DNA of 64,000 bases from NCBI GenBank assembly GCA_964187785.1, contig OZ076409.1:32614001-32678000 (forward strand), in the 5' to 3' direction. The stretch's first letter is position 1; each line of letters opens with the position of its first letter. The notes beneath the pieces are model-generated. The model did no database searches and had not been told where the DNA came from. It worked only from the letters and a program-made list of their open reading frames with translations. This DNA comes from Amphiscolops sp. MND2022 (lineage: Eukaryota). This document shows positions 1-12,950 of the stretch, one piece after another. The translations under genes were made by a program, and so were the position numbers.

Positions 1-1576
1 ACCGAGCAGTTGCGTTCATAATACTTCAAATCTTAGTCAAATTGCAAAGAAAATCATAAAAGGAAAGTTCATATCTGCCTTATATCCAGAAGATTTCCAA
101 GGTGCAGCGCCCTCTGGGGACGCTATCATACTTTTATCTAGTGACGAAGATGAACTCATGGACAGCCTGAGCCTGACATCGGTGTTCAATTTACAACTTC
201 CGTCTGAAGGAGGAAAAAGACGAAGAGATTAGTCTAATGGCTATATGCTTCGAAATGGAAATGTCAGCGCCAATCCCCATCCCAGGACCATCTTATGCAG
301 TAAAAGCTAAGGAGGAAGTTGTCCCCACTGGGCTTCCAAAATATGGAATGCAGACGAGGCCGGTCACACCAAGACCGATGTTCGATCCCTTTTACTTCTC
401 TTTAGGAAAAGGAAACGGGCCTATCCCCAAAGACGAGAGACTCAGGGATTGTAATCCTATTACATTATGCAAAAATTTAGTTCTTATGGTAGACACTCAA
501 CTGTCTCCTCCACCGCATGAGAGAAGACCGAACTTTGACACACGTCCTACAGTGTAATGAGACGCCCATGGCTATCAACACCAAAGGCCTGATCAAGTCT
601 GGAATCAGACACGAAACATTTCCAAGGAATGGGACTAAGCGGGACTCACTCACTAGCTGGTTGTTCTGAGTGCGTAATATGTGTAAAATCTGTCGAACAG
701 ATCAAAGATGAGGCAGTCATTGACTATCTACAGAAAACTGCAAATCGTAACGTGTCTCTACAGCAATTCAATGCGAGGAGGATAGCTTTCCTAGAAGGGA
801 TGGAAATTGGTACTTTTCTATTACTCCCAGGGGGAGTGTCGCAGGCTGCCGCCTGTGATGGCAATCTGTACACGATCGACTCAAGCCGATAATTCGCCCT
901 GCAGGGCACATTGCCACTACAGTGAAACTTTTAAACTGCTAGTAATAATTTTGAAACTTTTACATGTTATAAAAATTTACATATAAAATTTTGCATGTAA
1001 GTATAGTGAATGATATAATATGTTGAATATTTGACAGCAAGCTATACTGACAGGCAGAAAGGAAACGAGTTCAATTGTATGCCTGTTCAGTATAGTTAGC
1101 ATAGCCAGTCGTGGCATTTTAGCCAATCAGGGCCCTTCATTCATTTACCGATGCTTTAATTTATAGTGCAGTACAAATACTCGATTTGAATGGACGCGCA
1201 AGGCAATATGGTCTTTCCGGTCCTAACATGTGGATTGGTTGATGCTGTTTTATTTCACACCATTTAGTTGTTAAATTATGCCTTACGCGATAATTAGACA
1301 TGCAAGTCAAGTATGAACGTACATGTAGTGTTGCGATATATATGAAATGTTCATGGTGGCTATGAAATGTTTGATAATAATCAAAGTGGACTGAAGCGAT
1401 CAATCGACCAAATAGACCTTTGAGCTATGAAGCTGTAGGTCTCATCCAATGAAACGAAACTTGGTGATATAGTGATACAAAGAAAAGCCCAACTTGGTCA
1501 AAATGCCAAGTGCGGCTTACATGAATTGAATTACCTGACATCACAAACTAGTAAAACAGTACTATTTTACTTGTGT

Positions 1577-2456
1577 TGTAATTTAGGCCACACGTCACTC
1601 CCCCCGCGGTGCTTAGCACGTTGCTCTTTGATCGTGCCGCCCTGCTAGTCTGAGTGACGTCATGTTCTATATTTAGAATTTTGAAGGACGTCTTCTTTTA
1701 GATTTGATCTATTTTTAGTATCATGAGCATAATAATTTTGCATGTCATTCCCACTAGGGTATGTATACCCAAGTCCGCCTGACAAAGGACAATCATAACT
1801 TTGCAGTTGTTTGATGCATTACGTTTAAATTGATTGACCCAAAGTTGAAACAATTGTCTTCAGGAACGATTTAAAAATTTTCTCCTGGAGCAACATTTTC
1901 AAAGCCTTCTACAAGGAAACAAAAGGCGAAAGCTAGGAAGTCAAGAGAACTAGATCTGTTGTCCGATTACGGTAACATGGATATAATGTTCGGAGACAGA
2001 AATTCAAACTCTAGAGAAAGAGATTTAGGCAGTCTCATTAATGGTTCAGAGGGGCGACAGGACCTTCAGACTTTCTCAAATAGAGAAGGTTCATCTCATG
2101 AAAATGAGATCAGAGACTTCAGTAATCGAAATGAATCAGATAGAGAAGGCAGACTAATAGAGTCAATTAATATGCTGTCTGGGGAGATGAATGCTAGAAT
2201 GTCTCGGGAAATGGAGACTATGATGACTTTATGCAAACCCAGATCAGTGGGGGTTTAAACTCTGCTATTAGTGAGAGAATAATACCTGAGGTACAAAACA
2301 TGATGGAAAATCCGCCTTTGGCCCGACAAAGCATTGAGCCTCGTTCGTCTTTAAATGAGGATGGTATTGGAAAAGTGCGGAAAAATGCAAAACTTACAAA
2401 GAAGGACTCTAGGTCCTCTTGTTTCTTGGGAGATCATACGGACAATACTCCATACA
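1577..2456 (+). mobile_element. LTR-like segment (TGTA...TACA, ~880 bp), copy 1
   Basis: Begins TGTAAT, ends CCATACA; contains an inverted pair ACGTCACTC/GAGTGACGT, a TATA-like tract and the start of a gag-like ORF. No matching TSD and no PBS after it. Confidence 0.5.
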
Positions 2457-4159
2457 ACTATGGAAATGAAATGTGGTACCCTTCGGAAGGAAGCATCAGA
2501 GAGTGCTTGCTAGTGAGGTAGTCAGGTTTTGAGAAATTCTGTAAAGTACTTGTTTTTGGATTAGAAAGTACTTCTTTATGCAGATTGTTTCAGAGACTGG
2601 ATGTTAAGTACATTAAGAGGACGCTAATGGAGCTGCAGATATTAGGTCTTTTAGAGAGGATAAAAACTGGATGGTGAAGACTTTGTTAGAGCTGTGAGCA
2701 GTTGTATATGAGATAATTAGTTTACCGTGTAGGTAGGGTAAAGAATATAAATTAGATACAATAGCATTCAAGATACATAAGCTAAGTTTCGACATTCAAC
2801 ACATGAGTGGGGAGGGGGTGATTGCTTATAATGTACAGCTATTTTATTCGACCGGCTTTTGAAAAAAGTGAAAAATGAAGAAGGGTCGTGGAAATAAACA
2901 GGTGATTGCCTGAGTTTGGTTAAATAGATTTGAGGCGTTTTAATATGATGAAAGAGTAGAGTATCTGGTTAAAAGTTTGACGAAACAGAGAGAATGAGAA
3001 AAATTATTTTTACAAAGAACTCAACACTGAGTTGTATGTCAAGGTGTCATCGAGTCGTGTATAATCATTCTTTCCTTACCTGAGTTTCGAGCGAAAATGC
3101 AAATTTTAGCTTGAGACAGTTTAAAAGAACGGAGTTGGGTCTTAAACTATATGTTGAGTTGGAATGGGACTAAGCGGGACTCACTCACTAGCTGGTTGTT
3201 CTGACTGCGTAATATGTGTAAAATCTGTCGAACAGATCAAAGATGAGGCAGTCATTGACTATCTACAGAAAACTGCAAATCGTAACGTGTCTCTACAGCA
3301 ATTCAACGCGAGGAGGATAGCTTTCCTAGAAGGGTTGGAAATTGGTACTTTTCTATTACTCTCAGGGGGAGTGTCGCAGGCTGCCGCCTGTGATGGCAAT
3401 CTGTACACGATCGACTCAAGCCGATAATGCGCCCTGCAGGGCACATTGCCACTACAGTGAAACTTTCAAACTGCTAGTAATAATTTTGAAATTTTTACAT
3501 ATGTTATAAAATTTTACATATAAAACTTTGCATGTAAATATAGTGAATGATATATTATGTTGAATATTTGACAGCAAGCTATACTGACAGGCAGAAAGAA
3601 AACGAGTTCAATTGTATGCCTGTTCAGTATAGCTAGCATAGCCGGTCGTGGCATTTTAGCCAATCAGGGCCCTTCATTCATTTACCGATGCTTTAATTTA
3701 TAGTGCAGTACAAATACTCGATTTGAATGGACGCGCAAGGCAATATGGTCTTTCCGGTCCTAACATGTGGATTGGTTGATGCTGTATTATTTCACACCAT
3801 TTAGTTGCTAAATTATGCCTTACACGATAATCAGACATGCAAGTCAAGTATGAACGTACATGTAGTGTTGCGATATATATGAAATGTTCATGGTGGCTAT
3901 GATATGTATAATAATAATCAAAGTGGACTGAAGCGATCAATCGACCAATTAGACCTTTGAGCTATGAAACTGTATGCAAAGTAATTAATGAAAGGACGAA
4001 CAGGGCACTCTGTCAAAACCGGTCTCATCCAATGAAACGAAACTTGGTGATATAGTGATACAAAGAAAAGCCCAACTTGGTCAAAATGCCAAGTGCGGCT
4101 TACATGAATTGAATTACCTGACATCACAAACTAGTAAAACAGTACTACTTTACTTGTGT

Positions 4160-5040
4160 TGTAATTTAGGCCACACGTCACTCCCCCCGCGGTGCTTAGC
4201 ACGTTGCTCTTTGATCGTGCCGCCCTGCTAGTCGGAGTGACGTCATGTTCTGTATTTAGAATTATGAAGGACGTCTACTTTTAGATTTGATCTATTTTTA
4301 GTATCATGAGCATAATAATTTTGCATGTCATTCCCACTAGGGTATATATACCCAAGTCCGCCTGACAAAGGACAATCATAACTTAGCAGTTGTTTGATGC
4401 ATTACGTTTAAATTGATTGACCCAAAGTTGAAACAATTGTCTTCAGGATTATATTAAAAATTTTCTCCTGGAGCAACATTTTCAAAGCCTTCTACAAGGA
4501 AACAAAAGGCGAAAGCTAGAAAGTCAAGAGAATTAGATCTGTTGTCCGATTACGGTAACATGGATATAATGTTCGGAGACAGAAATTCAAACTCTATAGA
4601 AAGAGAATTAGGCAGTCTCATTAATGGTTCAGAGGGGCGACAGGACCTTCAGACTTTCCCAAATAGAGAAGGTTCATCTCATGAAAATGAGATCAGAGAC
4701 ATCAGTAATCGAAATGAATCAGATAGAGAAGGCAGACTAATAGAGTCAATTAATATGATGTCTGGGGAGATGAATGCTAGAATGTCTCGGTAAATGGAGA
4801 CTATGATGGACTTTATGCAAACCCAGATCAGTGGGGGTTTAAACTCTGCTATTAGTGAGAGAATAATACCTGAGGTACAAAACATGATGGAAAGTCCGCC
4901 TTTGGCCCGACGAAGCATTGAGCCTCGTTCGTCTTTAAATGAGGATGGTATTGGAAATGTGCGGAAAAATGCAAAACTTGCAAAGAAGGACTCTAGGTCC
5001 TCTTGTGTCTTGGGAGATCATACGGACAATACTCCATACA
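4160..5040 (+). mobile_element. LTR-like segment, copy 2
   Basis: Near-identical to 1577-2456 within tandem unit 2. Confidence 0.5.
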
Positions 5041-6743
5041 ACTATGGAAATGAAATGTGGTACCCTTCGGAAGGAAGCACCAGAGAGTGCTTGCTAGTGA
5101 GGTAGTCAGGTTTTGAGAAATTCTGTAAAGTACTTGTTTTTGGATTAGAAAGTATTTCTTTATGCAGATTGTTTCAGAGACTGGATGTTAAGTACATTAA
5201 GAGGACGCTAATGGAGCTGCAGGTATTAGGTCTTTTAGAGAGGATAAAAACTGGATGGTGAAGACTTTGTTAGAGCTGTGAGTGGTTGTATATGAGATAA
5301 TTAGTTTACCGTGTAGGTAGGGTATTGAATATAAATTAGATACATTAGCATTCAAGATACATAAGGTAAGTTTAGACATTCAACACATGAGTGGGGAGGG
5401 GGTGATTGCTTATAAAGTACAGCTATTTTATCCGACCGGCTTTTGAAAAAAGTGAAAAATGAAGAGGGGTCGTGGAAATAAACAGGTGATTGCCTGAGTT
5501 TGGTTAAATAGATTTGAGGCGTTTTAATATGATGAAAGAGTAGAGTATCTGGTTAAAAGTTTGACGAAACAGAGAGAATGAGAAAAATTATTTTTACAAA
5601 GAACTCAACACTGAGTTGTATGTCAAGGTGTCATCGAGTCGTGTATAATCATTCTTTCCTTACCTGAGTTTCGAGCGAAAATGCAAATTTTAGCTTGAGA
5701 CAGTTTAAAAGAACGGAGTTGGGTCTTAAACTATATGTTGAGTTGGAATGGGACTAAGCGGGACTCACTCACTAGCTGGTTGTTCTGACTGCGTAATATG
5801 TGTAAAATCTGTCGAACAGATCAAAGATGAGGCAGTCATTGACTATCTACATAAAACTGCAAATCGTAACGTGTCTCTACAGCAATTCAACGCGAGGAGG
5901 ATAGCTTTCCTAGAAGGGTTGGAAATTGGTACTTTTCTATTACTCTCAGGGGGAGTGTCGCAGGCTGCCGCCTGTGATGGCAATCTGTACACGATCGACT
6001 CAAGCCGATAATACGCCCTGCAGGGCACATTGCCACTACAGTGAAACTTTCAAACTGCTAGTAATAATTTTGAAATTTTTACATATGTTATAAAATTTTA
6101 CATATAAAACTTTGCATGTAAATATAGTGAATGATATATTATGTTGAATATTTGACAGCAAGCTATACTGACAGGCAGAAAGAAAACGAGTTCAATTGTA
6201 TGCCTGTTCAGTATAGCTAGCATAGCCGGTCGTGGCATTTTAGCCAATCAGGGCCCTTCATTCATTTACCGATGCTTTAATTTATAGTGCAGTACAAATA
6301 CTCGATTTGAATGGACGCGCAAGGCAATATGGTCTTTCCGGTCCCAACATGTGGATTGGTTAATGCTGTATTATTTCACACCATTTAGTTGCTAAATTAT
6401 GCCTTACACGATAATCAGACATGCAAGTCAAGTATGAACGTACATGTAGCGTTGCGATATATATGAAATGTTCATGGTGGCTATGATATGTATAATAATA
6501 ATCAAAGTGGACTGAAGCGATCAATCGACCAAATAGACCTTTGAGCTATGAAACTGTATGCAAATAAATTAATGACAGGACGAACAGGGCACTCTGTCAA
6601 AACCGGTCTCATCCAATCAAACAAAACTTGGTGATATAGTGATACAAAGTAAAGCCCAACTTGGTCAAAATGCCAAGTGCGGCTTACATGAATTGAATTA
6701 CCTGACATCACAAACTAGTAAAACAGTACTATTTTACTTGTGT

Positions 6744-7624
6744 TGTAATATAGGCCACACGTCACTCCCCCCGCAGTGCTTAGCACGTTGCTCTTTGATC
6801 GTGCCGCCCTGCTAGTCGGAGTGACGTCTTGTTCTATATTTAGAATTATGAAGGACGTCTACTTTTAGATTTGATCTATTTTTAGTATCATGACCATAAT
6901 AATTTTGCATGTCATTCCCACTAGGGTATATATACCCAAGTCCGCCTGACAAAGGACAATCATAACTTTGCAGTTGTTTGATGCATTACGTTTAAATTGA
7001 TTGACCCAAAGTTGAAATAATTGTCTTCAGGAACAATTTAAAAATTTTCTCCTGGAGCAACATTTTCAAAGCCTTCTACAAGGAAACAAAAGGCGAAAGC
7101 TAGAAAGTCAAGAGAATTAGATCTGTTGTCCGATTACGGTAACATGGATATAATGTTCGGAGACAGAAATTCAAACTCTATAGAAAGAGAATTAGGCAGT
7201 CTCATTAATGGTTCAGAGGGGCGACAGGACCTTCAGACTTTCCCAAATAGAGAAGGTTCAGCTCATGAAAATGAGATCAGAGACATCAGTAACCGAAATG
7301 AATCAGATAGAGAAGGCAGACTAATAGAGTCAATTAATATGCTGTCTGGGGAGATGAATGCTAGAATGTCTCGGGAAATGGAGACTATGATGGACTTTAT
7401 GCAAACCCAGATCAATGGGGGTTTAAACTCTGCTATTAGTGAGAGAATAATACCTGAGGTACAAAACATGATGGAAAGTCCGCCTTTGGCCCGACAAAGC
7501 ATTGAGCCTCGTTCGTCTTTAAATGAGGATGGTATTGGAAATGTGCGGAAAAATGCAAAACTTACAAAGAAGGACTCTAGGTCCTCTTGTGTCTTGGGAG
7601 ATCATACGGACAATACTCCATACA
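6744..7624 (+). mobile_element. LTR-like segment, copy 3
   Basis: Near-identical to 1577-2456 within tandem unit 3. Confidence 0.5.
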
Positions 7625-7689
7625 ACTATGGAAATGAAATGTGGTACCCTTCGGAAGGAAGCACCAGAGAGTGCTTGCTAGTGAGGTAG
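7126..7689 (+). pseudogene. Gag N-terminus-like ORF relic within the LTR-like segment (open in copy 3; frameshift in copy 1; stop in copy 2)
   Basis: 187-aa ORF preceded in frame by basic STRKQKAKARKSRE; Ser/Asn/Glu-rich with coiled-coil-like MNARMSREMETMMDFMQ; reads out past the TACA end into unrelated sequence. The gag call is inference. Confidence 0.35.
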
Positions 7690-10600
7690 TCAGGTTTTGA
7701 GAAATTCTGTAAAGTACTTGTTTTTGGATTAGAAAGTACTTCTTTATGCAGATTGTTTCAGAGACTGGATGTTAAGTACATTAAGAGGACGCTAATGGAG
7801 CTGCAGATATTAGGTCTTTTAGAGAGGATAAAAACTGGATGGTGAAGACTTTGTTAGAGCTGTGAGCGGTTGTATATGAGATAATTAGTGTACCGTGTAG
7901 GTAGGGTAATGAATATAAATTAGATACATTAGCATTCAAGATACATAAGCTAAGTTTAGACATTCAACACATGAGTGGGGAGGGGGTGATTGCTTATAAA
8001 GTACAGCTATTTTATCCGACCGGCTTTTGAAAAAAGTGAAAAATGAAGAGGGGTCGTGGAAATAAACAGGTGATTGCCTGAGTTTGGTTAAATAGATTTG
8101 AGGCGTTTTAATATGATGAAAGAGTAGAGTATCTGGTTAAAAGTTTGACGAAACAGAGAGAATGAGAAAAATTATTTTTACAAAGAACTCAACACTGAGT
8201 TGTATGTCAAGGTGTCATCGAGTCGTGTATAATCATTCTTTCCTTACCTGAGTTTCGAGCGAAAATGCAATTTTTAGCTTGAGACAGTTTAAAAGAACGG
8301 AGTTGGGTCTTAAACTATATGTTGAGTTGGAGTGAGGTTCGAAAAAGGGTATGGATCTGAATAAGTTCATTTTTTATGGTTCTTACGTCTCGAATTTTTG
8401 AAATTGTTTGCAATTGTTATCTTGTATGTTCCGTTGGGCTTTTGAAAAAGAAAAGGCTAAGTTGGCAGTGATTGACAACTAAAAAATGGCAGAGAAAAAG
8501 TGAGAGGTGTGTGAAAAGAGCAAATAGAATAGGGTAACAACCTTACAAACTTGAAGCTTGATGTAGACGAAGATTTTTAGTTGTCATTTGACCTTCAGCG
8601 TTAATCTTATGCATCTTTTTCTGTACAACGAAAATTAATTTTGATTTGGGAGCTTCAGCAACAAGGAAACGGCATGATCAAAGTCAAAAAAATTCGAAAA
8701 CAAATCAGGTTTTAGTCTACTTTTTGTTCAGAGTTTATTCACATTTGGCGGGTAAAAAGTATTGAAAAATGTTTCCGTTGTGATACGAAGATCAAAAAAC
8801 TTCATTTGAGTAGAAATCATTATGTGAGGTGGCGAAACTTCCATTTGAGAACTAGGAGGAGTGAATTTCAAAAGAAAATTGTGTTTAGATTCGAGGTTAT
8901 AGAGGAGAAAAGTTGAAATATTTTGGAGATGTTCTGAAAAATTCACAATAGCATCATTATTAATATTTTTTTAGTTCAATGTTTTGTTCAGAGAGCAGTT
9001 GGTTTATGTACATATTGTTTCGATGCGGTATTATATTGAGTCAATTTTTGTTTATATACAGCTGTGTGGACAATGCGTTTCGTGGGTGTGCCAGCTTCCC
9101 TGGAAGCAGTTTTGGTCGCTTGGGATGAGGGGACTTTCGTTGTTGCAACTCTTGTGTGAGTTTCCGAACTGCAGGAAATGGTTGAAGATTGACGATGTTG
9201 CAACAGCAACTTCGCGCAACAGTGGGAGAGGCGCAGATGAAGACTATGGAGCACTGAAAGTGGCGCTGTGCAGCATGGAGGCTATTCGTGGCAATGTTGA
9301 AGAAGAAGAGTTTGTAGTTACATATGTAGTAGTCAGCACAGTGGATGTGGGCAATGTAAAAGTTGACGAATTTGAAGAGACGACGACGACAAAAGAGTGT
9401 CCAACATCTTGTGGAGATTGAGATATGCCAGTGTGGGAAGGATAAGGAGTCGAAGAAGGGAGATATCATGATTTGAAGAAGACGAGAATGCGTGATAACT
9501 AAAACAAGTTTTTTGACGAATGTTATTGTATTTGTATTTTTTATTCCGTCGAATGGTAGTTTAAGATGTGTTTTTGTCGTGTTGTGATTAGCTTTATTGA
9601 TAGGAAAGAAGATTAGGAGAAGCGCAGAAACGAATGGAGTATCAGGAGATCCAAGATATATTCTTAGTTTTATGGAATCCGCAACGTTTTTATGGACTGA
9701 CTTCACGAACATGACAACAGAGTGATTTTGGAAAGATTCAGCCTTTTAAATCCTTATGAGAATTCGAAGAGTTTTCAAATTTTGTTTTTTTGAAGACGAT
9801 TCTACGCTTTCTATTCAACGCAATTACTCGAGAATAGAAAGTGAGCAAGAACGAAGCAGAAGAGGACAAGAAAATGGAGAAAAATTTTGTGACAAAATGA
9901 ACATAGTGATTTTGCGAAGTGGTACATTAAACTGGTCATTTTTAAACAAGACGATACAACTGATAAAATTTGCACTTTTTTAAAATGAAAGGTGAAATAA
10001 GTAGCAGTGAGTGATAGAAGAGAAACTGTCGAAATAACGAGAAAAAAGGAAATTTGAAAGCTATGTTTTTTTGAAAGAAGTTTTGGAAAACTTTTTATAA
10101 GGCTTTTTGTGTTTTTGCATTTAACTGAGAAGTGAAATGTGTAAAGTGAAATTTGAGGATGAGTGAAGGTTTAAAAAAGAAAGAATGAAAATAAAGACGA
10201 GGAAGGTTTCAGAAGTTATGATTTGATTGCAGTTTGGTGCAAACATTTGGATTTACAGTTTGTAAGACATAAGAAGGAGGAGGTTGTTGCAGAAAAATTG
10301 TTGAAGGAGGAACATTGGAAGTGGAGATTTCAAGATTAGTAGAAGGAGGAACATGTTTAGGAAGAGCTTTGTTTATTTCGTCGGGAAGATTGGTGGTGGC
10401 TGGAGGAAAATGTTTGTAATAATTTTTTTTCAAAATAAAAGAAGAGAGTTTAGCAATTATGAAAGTTAATTGTGCAATAGAGTTACGTTTATGAACTAGT
10501 GAAGTAAAAAGAGGGCGCGAATGATGATCATGAGGAGTTTGGACTAATTTATTCATCTTCGGAAAGAAATTTGCGACACTGGTAGGTACATGAGTTGGTA

Positions 10601-12199
10601 ATAGGAAATCATCATTTAGGTTGAGCGCTTCTTGTGGTACAAAAAGACATCGAGTAGGATCTTGGTAGGAGGACAGTACATCATAATGTTTAACGGGATC
10701 ATAGTTACGATTAGTGCCTATGGGGCAGAGGTGATTTAAAGAGTAGCGAGAATGGTACGAGAAAGGTGAAGTAAATATATGGTTTTGAAAGATGAAAAGT
10801 TTTGCGGGTGTTTTTGTTCAAGAAAAAGTTGTTAGGTTTGGTGGTGTATTCAACACAAGGAGCGGTTGTAATATCAATTGAGTTGGTGTTAAGGTCACGT
10901 TCAGTTGGTTCTAAAAAGTTGAATTGGAGTTGAAAGAAGCGGATGCGTTCATGTTTCCAAAAAGGGAGTTGTACTAAATTTTTAGAGGCGTATGCAACAT
11001 AATGATCGAAGTTGCGATCATGCGGAAATCTAAATTAATATGTGGTTGGAGTCATGTACAAGGGAGATTGACTTTGAAATTAGGGTGAGTGCGGAGAAAT
11101 TTGTCTGTCATGGTGTTTGTTTGAGAGGGACTTTTTACGGGTTGAAGTACTAGAGGTAGAGTACCGGAGTCCTTGAAAACGGGATCATCATGGATATTAT
11201 CCTTTATTTCTTGGATGTACAGTATAAGTAACATTGTCGATAGTGATTTGGAGGTTTTGTAGGTGGAGGAGTAGGTGAGGTTTGAGGTTTAAGATTAGAA
11301 GAGATAGGTTGAGTATTGGTTGACGAGGAAGGTTGAGTATCAGGTATAGTTGGTTCAGGAGTAGGAATAATTTCAAGATTGATAATTCGGAGTTTTGAGG
11401 AAGGTCAAGAGAGTCAGAGTTAAAACCGAGAGCAGGTGACAATGATGCAATGCTGGAAAGAAGTTCTTTTTCGTGAGTAGATGAAGTCATTTTTTTCTGA
11501 ATTTGAAGTAGGATATTTTCTGATGAAATTAGAGATACAAATGTATTTTGTTTTGGTGACTACGAACGGTTTGTAAAGTGTGATGGTGAGATGAGGTGAT
11601 ACAATATTGTGGGCAGAAAGAGTGCTGAAACGTTATGTGCGTAGGAGAGTATAGACGATACAAAGCAAGACAGTCGAAAGGTAGGAGGTGGGCGAAAAAG
11701 GGTAAAATTTTGCAGCTTTGAAAAAGAAAGCAACTTTCAGCGTTGGTGAAATAGCAACCGAACGATGAGCAAAGATGGAGAGAAGTGATGAAATGTGTAG
11801 AGGAAGAAGAGATTTAATTTTATTCAGGTGGGAAGCGACAGTATGAATAAATTTGAACGGGGCCATCAGGTTGATTGAATATACTATTGACAGATGTTAA
11901 TGGTACGTCATTAAATTTTATAGGAGGGGGAGTAGAAGGATAAATTTTGGTTGATTGCCAAACATTATGTGTGTTAGAATTATTAGAGGAGTTGTCAAAA
12001 GTAGTAACTAGGAGAAATAGAATTATGGATATAAGGAGGAGAAGATAGTGAAGGTAATTGGAAGTGACGAGGTGAAAGATAGTCAGGAAGAGTATTATGT
12101 AACTTATAATTAGAAGGAGAAGAAGGTGAAGAACTATCAAGTGATGAATGAGTGATAATAGGAGGTTAAGGTGGAGAAATATTAATAGAAGAGAATTTT

Positions 12200-12950
12200 T
12201 TAGGTGATGATCTTTGCTTGATCTTTTTATTTTTAGGACCTAAAATTTCAGATTCGACATTGGGCTTATATTTAAAACTTTTAGATTGTTTTAAAAATGG
12301 GTTGTTATGAGATTCAATGAGACGGTGTGTCAGAATCATCAGAGTCAGAGATAGAATCAAGAGGTTTGATCATGGCAGCCATCATTGGTTTAATTACGGT
12401 TCCGAAAAATCCATAACCAATAGCAGAAACAAGAGAGATTTGTTTATTAAGAATTATCGTGACTGTAAAGGAGCAGTATAGTATGAATATGAAGAGTGTT
12501 GAGGCCAGCAAATAACATTGTTTTAAAAACATGATTAATGGAGTAATCGATTTTAGTATTTAAATGTGCTTCATAACCTATAGTAGCAAAACTGTTGGAG
12601 GAGTTTAGAGCAGGGAAAAGCAGTTTATTTTGATTATGAATGAGTTTACAAGAGATAAGTTAAGAGAATAGTTTATTATCTTCAGGTTGTTCATCTTCAG
12701 GTAGTTGAAGGGGATTAGGTTTGGCTGTGTGCATATTAAATCCTTCTTCGTATGTAATAAAGAGGTCAGGGTATTGTGTGGTATATAAAGGTGTGGGCTT
12801 GTTACAAAAAATTTTACTTTCGGGGAAGATTTCAGAACGAGAGAGTCTGGTTTGAGATTTGGAATCATGATAAGTAGTTTCAGAAGGAATATCAGATTTA
12901 TTATTATTGAGAAAGTGTTCAGTTTCAAGTCAATAACGGGTATTGAGTTC
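12200..12950 (-). pseudogene. Decayed viral/retroelement envelope glycoprotein-like relic
   Basis: Hand translation gives FCNKPTPLYTTQYPDLFITYEEGFNMHT and GYEAHLNTKIDYSINHVF, then a hydrophobic TM-like stretch (CYLLASTLFIFILYCSF). Resembles class III (chuvirus/gB-like) Env carried by some LTR elements; family call by recall only. Confidence 0.45.

Larger units (their letters stand above)
626..8331. repeat. Head-to-tail tandem triplication of a ~2.58-kb unit (626-3160, 3161-5744, 5745-8328)
   Basis: GGAATGGGACTAAGCGGG starts at 626, 3161 and 5745; the same ORFs (87 aa MGLSGTHS..., MSDYGNMD...) recur three times; junctions share 3-bp GGA microhomology with both outer flanks; unit 1 lacks ~47 bp near 1437. 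Confidence 0.97.

Noticed and set aside
237..892. Host gene at the window start
   Set aside because: Stop-interrupted, no recognisable domain or splice structure; probably a repeat-derived relic.
8332..12200. Retrotransposon pol (RT/RNase H/integrase)
   Set aside because: No YxDD, RNase H or DDE motifs could be found by eye.
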